This document shows positions 58,066-64,000 of a DNA stretch of 64,000 bases, one piece after another (the first letter of the stretch is position 1; each line of letters begins with the position of its first letter). The position numbers and the translations under genes were made by a program. Source of the stretch: the human T2T-CHM13v2.0 reference genome, Homo sapiens; assembly GCF_009914755.1 (NCBI RefSeq), contig NC_060930.1. One strand, given 5' to 3'. The notes under the pieces were generated by a model, which did no database searches, was not told the DNA's origin, and worked only from the letters and a program-made list of their open reading frames with translations.

Positions 58066-58814
58066 GTATCCCTTGGGCCTAAGCCTTCATGCTGCCATGG
58101 CATGTCATCAGACATGGTATTTCACGCTTGTTTCAACCAGGAACCAGGGCAAAGGAAAGGTCTTTGGTGTCAATGCAATACAAAACTTTATGTTAATTTG
58201 CCATTGTGGCAGTTCCTAGGAAAGATCCTAAGAACTTCTGGGCAAAAGGCTGAAGAAATATAATGGTTTCTTGGGAATTGAGGGTTGAGGTAAACATTTC
58301 TAAAATGTGCAAAAAAGTTAATTTTGAAAATCTGCTGCTCATTTGTTATAACTTCAGAGTTTCAATTTTAATTATTTTAAAAATTCCCTCTAACAAGCAC
58401 ACTTTCTGAATGACTACTGCCTCATCATTTGGCAGCCAACTCTTGAAACCTTGGCACTCTGAGCAATAATTATGAGTATGTCTTAATGTGTATCCATTGA
58501 GTTACTGCTTGCCTGGGAAGAAGCTGAAGGATGTAAGTTAAATTTTTGGCTCTAACACTCACTAGCTCTTTAGATTTGTAACAGCTCTTGTTGACCTTCA
58601 GATACTTTTTCTGTAAAAAGGGGTAAACAGAACCCAACTTGCAGGGTTCTAGTGAGGATTGTGTTAATGTAAGCAAAATGGGGAACTCAAAAGTTCCTTT
58701 TGTTGTTATACAGAGAATCCAGAGTAAGCAAAAAATAGCTAGTTGCAGCTATGAGGCCATCTGATGAGAAATGATGAAAAACCAACTCCATATGCACCAT
58801 CTCAATCTGATCCA

Positions 58815-59120
58815 ATCATTCCATAAACTTTTATTGAGTGCTCAGATGCCAAGTTATTATTTTAAGTTTTGTAGACAGTTACTATATTGAACAGGACAGA
58901 CAAAGTCCCTACATTCTTAGGTCTTATATTCTAGCTGGGAAAAACAGACAATAAATGTATGTAAGTAAACAATAAACTACTAAGTAGTGATAAGTGTTAT
59001 AAAAACAAAATAGGGTGCTATGATAGGAAGTCACTGGGTGACTACGGATGACAGACCTCTCTGAGGTCATGACATTTAAACTGAGATCTCAATGACGCGA
59101 AGAAGAGAGCCACAGGAGGG
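58815..59120 (-). mobile_element. L2 3' fragment (with a MIR fragment at ~58540-58680)
   Basis: ttattgagtgct...gaacaggacagacaaagtccct...gacctctctgagg..tgacattt. Confidence 0.7.
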
Positions 59121-59127
59121 TCTCTGG

Positions 59128-60800
59128 CAATGAATCTCTGTGTGGTCTGTGGAACCCCTGGGAATCCCGAGACCCTTTCAGAATGCCAGTGAAGTCAATT
59201 TTATTTTCATGGTCATACTAAGATGCTGTATGTCTTTTTCACAGTGTTGACATGAGCACTGCTGGTGCAAACGTAATGGTGGGTAAAACTGCTGGCATCT
59301 CAGCATGAAACAAAGCAGTGGCACCAAACTATCAGTTCTTCACTACCATATACTCACCATAGAACAGGGTGACAGTTTCACTTATAAAGGGACTTGATCA
59401 AGCAGTAAAAATTATTATTTGTACTAAATCTCAACACATAACATTTTAACACTCTGTGTGACAAAATGAGATGTGCTCATAAAGTACTTTTGCTGCAAAC
59501 CAAAGTAAGATTGTCATCCCAAGGAAAAGCATTTGTGGGATTCAGCGGCAAGCTGCACAAGTAACTGTTTTCAGAGAACACCATTTTTACTTGAAAGAAT
59601 GACTGACAAACTAAGGTTACTCAGACTTGGGCATTTGGGAGACATTTTCTTGAAATTGAACAAGGTGAGTGAGCTGTCACTTCAAGGAAAACAACTGACA
59701 GTATTTGTTGCCACTGATAAAATCTAAGCTTTCAAATAAAAACGTGATTTTTGGAAAATGTGTATTTCCTACTGTAAGCTTGGCAGCTTCCCCAAATTTG
59801 AGAGGCTTTTCTGTTAAGAATGATAATAACATTAATAGGTGATTTTTTTTGAACATTAAAATAGTGTCATCATTTTGAAGATCTGTGTAAGCTGATAAAG
59901 CAACATGTTCCAATCATACAAAATCATACTTGGTAAAAGATTTGATGTGCAAGGCAGAGTAATGAATTTTAATATAATGGAGTTTGAAAAGTTCATTGAT
60001 ATGGCTTTAGATTCCATATTGCAACTAACTTTTAAGAAGTTACCACTTGTCAAATTTTAACGTAATATCGAAGAAGAACACCCACAATATTTGAAAAACC
60101 TATTAACTCTATCCTTGTCCAAATACACATCTGTGAGGCTGAATTTTTTCATATAATGAAACAAAAATGACATATCACAAGATTGAACACTAAAAGAGAT
60201 ATTAGAATCTAAATGTCTTCTAGTATGCTGGACATTAAAGGTATTGGGGAAAATACAAAACAATGCAATTCTTTTCACTTTTATCTTGAAAAATATAGTT
60301 TTTTCATAAAGATATGTTATTCATGTTAACATGTAGTGAGCTTATTACTGTGATTTTAAAATTAACTAATAGATACTTTAAATGTTCAGTTTTAATTTCT
60401 AATAAGGTAAATATAGATAAAACCCAAATAAACGAAAGCTCTTTGGGGTTCTCGGTAATTTTTTTTTTTTTGAGATGGAATCTTGCTCTGTCGCCCAGCC
60501 TGGAGTGCAATGGCGCGATCTCGGTTCACTGCAACCTCCATCTCCTGGGTTCAAGCGATTCTCTCCTGCTTCAGCCTCCCAAGTAGTTGGGATTACAGGT
60601 GCCTACTACCATGCCCAGCTAATTTTTGTAGTTTTAGTAGAGATGGGGTTTCACCATGTTGGCCAGGCTGGTCTTGAACTCCTGACCTCAGGTGATCCAT
60701 CCACCTCAGCCTCCCAAAGTGCTGGGATTACAGGCTTTTACAGGCTGGTAATTTTTAAGAGTATAAAGGGATTCTGAAACCAAAATTTTGAGAACAATTG
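59128..60800 (+). mobile_element. hAT-Charlie DNA transposon (Charlie1a-like) with a transposase remnant, interrupted by an Alu
   Basis: Degenerate TIRs caatgaatctc / gagaacaattg; remnant LRLGHLGDIFLKLNKVSELSLQGKQLTVFVATDKI resembles a Charlie/Buster transposase motif. Confidence 0.8.
60458..60736 (-). mobile_element. AluS
   Basis: Dimer inside the Charlie element. Confidence 0.93.
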
Positions 60801-61047
60801 ACCTGAGCATATTAAACAATACAATTTTAGTTTATTTAGGTCTTGCATAAGTTCTGTTAGATTTGTTCTGAGGTACTTAAATTTTTGTTATTATCATTAA
60901 TAACTTTTTAAACATTACTTTTCTGTGTTACTGGTATATAAGGCAATTAATTTTTATTGATATATATTGTATATTGATCTTATATCCAGTCACTGTGCTA
61001 AACTTTCTCACTGGACTTACTCTTTTACATCAGTCTTACTGTTAGTA

Positions 61048-61266
61048 CAGGACTGGCAAATTATGATCCTGTAGACTAGATACAGTCTACCATGTTTTTA
61101 AAACAACAATTTATAGGAACAGAGCTCTATCCACCCATTTACGTATTATCTATAGCTGCTTTTGCACTACAGTGGCAGAGTTGAGTAGTAGTGAGAGAGA
61201 CTATGGCCCACAAAGTCAAAAATATTTACTATATGCCTTTTTACAAAAAAAGTTTACCAAACCCTG
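61048..61266. mobile_element. MER58A-like MITE
   Basis: caggactggcaaat...gcagagttgagtagt...aaaaaagtttaccaaaccctg. Confidence 0.8.
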
Positions 61267-61440
61267 TATTATGAACTCCATTCACAGAACCAACTTTTGG
61301 CTCTGTTGATACCCTACATAGTATTTACAATTTCAATTTAATTAATTCTGTTCTCATCTTTATTCATCCTTCCTTTCTCATTCGTCTTTTTTTTTACCTT
61401 CTCAAAGTTAGCTTCTTAATTTTCACTTTTTCCTTTTCTA

Positions 61441-61500
61441 GTAACAAACCTGCACGTTCAGCACATGTATCCCAGAACTTAAAATAAAAAATAAAAATAA
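61441..61500 (+). mobile_element. Extreme 3' tip of a primate L1 (~60 bp)
   Basis: gtaacaaacctgcacgttcagcacatgtatcccagaacttaaa plus A-rich tail. Confidence 0.85.
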
Positions 61501-62031
61501 GAAAAACACTTGAGACTATAAATTTTCCTCCAAGTACAACTTTTACTGTATCCCACAAGTTGATATATCATATTTTCATTATCATTCAATTCTAAGTATT
61601 TTAAATTTTCCATTATTACATCTTTGATCAATGAATTATTTTAAAATGTTAAAAAATTTCCACATATAAGGGGAATTTTGGGGAGTTTATGTTTTAGTTA
61701 CCGAATTCTAATTAAATTGTATTATGATCAGATAATGTGGTCATTATACTGATTCTTGGAAATCTGTTGAGACTTGTTTTAGGGGCATAGTATGAGGGCA
61801 AGTTTTGTAATTCTTCCATATGAAGAACACATATATTCTATTTGTTTGATGCAAGATTCTATGAATCAAACTATTCAGTTGTACTGCTTCAATGTTATAT
61901 TTCTTTACTAATTATTTGTTATGTGCTTGACCAAGCAATATCTTGGAGAAACATGAAATTTCTCTATAGTTTTATTAGTTTTTGTTTTACATGTTTTGAT
62001 GCAATATAGAAATGTTATACCTTTCCAGTGA

Positions 62032-62404
<373 letters not shown>

Positions 62405-62963
62405 CTTAAAGTCTATTTTGACTGATATCAACAAAGCTACATAGCTCCTTTTTGATTGGTATTTGCTCGAATACGAATTGTTAAATGTGTATTTCTCTAA
62501 ACACTGTATAGCTGAATTGGTATTATATTTTTTAAAAAATCTTAATGTTTACTCTATTTTTTAGCCAGAAAGTTTAGGCAATTTACATATATTGTGATTG
62601 CTGATATATCTGCATTTGTTTTTATAATATTATTTTCTATTTGTCCTACTTTCCTATGCTTTATGTATTTTTTCTTTCTTTTTTGATTTTTAAAAATCAG
62701 GCTTAGAAGTTATATACTAGTTCTTTTCTTTTAGCAGTTACCCTTGAAATCCAAAGTTAGTAGTTTAACCCCTTCAGAACAACAAAAGGAACTTATAATG
62801 CAAACTCTGATTATCTCCTTCCTCATATATAGGGAGTTTTACACAGTATTTTAAACCAGCAATATTTGTTTAGATTTGCCTACATGTTTACCAATTTCTT
62901 TGCTTACAATTTCTATTTTTCAGACCTTTTGCTATCTCTTTTCTTCTTTCTGAAGTATACGCT

Positions 62964-63262
62964 TTTTTTTTCTTTTATTTAGAGACAGGGTTGTACTTTG
63001 TCATCCAAGCTGGAGTACAGTGGTGTGATCAAGGCTCACTGCAGTCTTCAACTCCTGTGCTCTAGTGATTCTCCCGCCTCAGCCTCCTGAGTAGCTAGGA
63101 CTACAGGTATACACCACCCATTTGGCTAATTTATTTATTTATTTTTGTAGAGCTAGGGTCTCACTGTATTGTGCAGACTGGTCTTGAACTGGCCTCAAGC
63201 AATCTTCCTGGCTTGACCTCCCAAAATGCTGGGATTACAGGTGTGTGTCACCATACCCAGCC
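62964..63262 (-). mobile_element. AluJ
   Basis: TSD tgaagtata. Confidence 0.92.
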
Positions 63263-63665
63263 TGAAGTATATTCTTTCAAGTTCCTTCAGTGTAAGTCTG
63301 CTGGTGGTAAACTCCCTTAGGTTTTGTACGTCTGAAGAAAATACTTCACTCTCATTTTGAAGGTTATTTTTGCTGAAAACACAATTTTAAGTCGAAAATC
63401 ATTTTCTCTCAGAACTTTGAAAATATTTCATCATCTCCTGGATTTAGTCATTGCTGTTGAGAAGTCTGCTGTCAGTCTAAGTATTGTTCCTCTGTGGATG
63501 TGGTCTGTTTTCCCTATGGCTCCTTTTAAGAGAGCTGTCTTCAGTGATTCACAGTTTTACTACGGTATAAAAAGTTGTGAAGGCCTTTTTATTTGTCTGT
63601 TTAGATACACTGCTTCCTATATCTCTGGATCAGTATTTCTCATTGAAAAATTCTGGAATGCCGGT

Positions 63666-64000
63666 GGGGAGGAGCCAAGATGGCCGAATAGGAACAGCTC
63701 CGGTCTACAGCTCCCAGCGTGAGCGATGCAGAAGATGGGTGATTTCTGCATTTCCAACTGAGGTACCGGGTTCATCTCACTGGGGAGTGCCAGATAGTAG
63801 GTGCAGGACAGTGGGTGCAGCGCACCGTGCACGAGCCAAAGCAGGGGGAGGCATCGCCTCACTCGGGAAGTGCAAGGGGTCAGGGAATTCCCTTTTGTAG
63901 TCAAAGAAAGCGGTGACAGACGGCACCTGGAAAATCAGGTCACTTCCACCCTAATACTGCGCTTTTCAAATGGGCTTAAAAAATGGCACACCAGGAGATT
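63666..64000 (+). mobile_element. 5' end (5'UTR/promoter) of a probably full-length L1PA, continuing beyond the window
   Basis: ggggaggagccaagatggccgaataggaacagctccggtctacagctcccagcgtgagc is the L1PA 5' terminus; YY1 site CAAGATGGCC at 63676-63685. Confidence 0.95.

Noticed and set aside
59533-59727. Transposase-like ORF as a domesticated gene
   Set aside because: It is a short, stop-bounded remnant inside a decayed Charlie element.

Overview
Primate (most likely human) genomic DNA that is almost entirely intron of BACH2, which is transcribed on the - strand. The only host coding sequence found is one 255-nt exon (18540->18286) carrying 12 nt of 5'UTR, the start ATG and the first 81 codons of the BTB/POZ domain. 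The rest is typical mammalian intron: about 25 Alus or Alu fragments, old L1M and L2/MIR relics, MaLR solo LTRs, and a Charlie1-type and a MER58 DNA transposon. It also holds a 5'-truncated dead L1PA (40103-43054, 18-bp TSD), the 5' end of a probably full-length L1PA at the right edge, and a 3'-truncated tailless 7SK retrocopy (11190->10954). I found no convincing new multi-gene system. The best leads are: (i) the start exon is exactly 85 stop-free codons and has inverted Alus on both sides, so it could form a circRNA with an endless ORF; (ii) a MARE/ARE-like site 40 nt from the BACH2 acceptor; (iii) an L1 antisense promoter pointing toward the start exon; (iv) the microhomology-primed 7SK copy; (v) a near-perfect dispersed 78-bp duplication; (vi) AP-1 and SOX/NFI motif clusters. 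Repeat subfamilies and most repeat boundaries were assigned by eye from remembered consensus sequences and are approximate.
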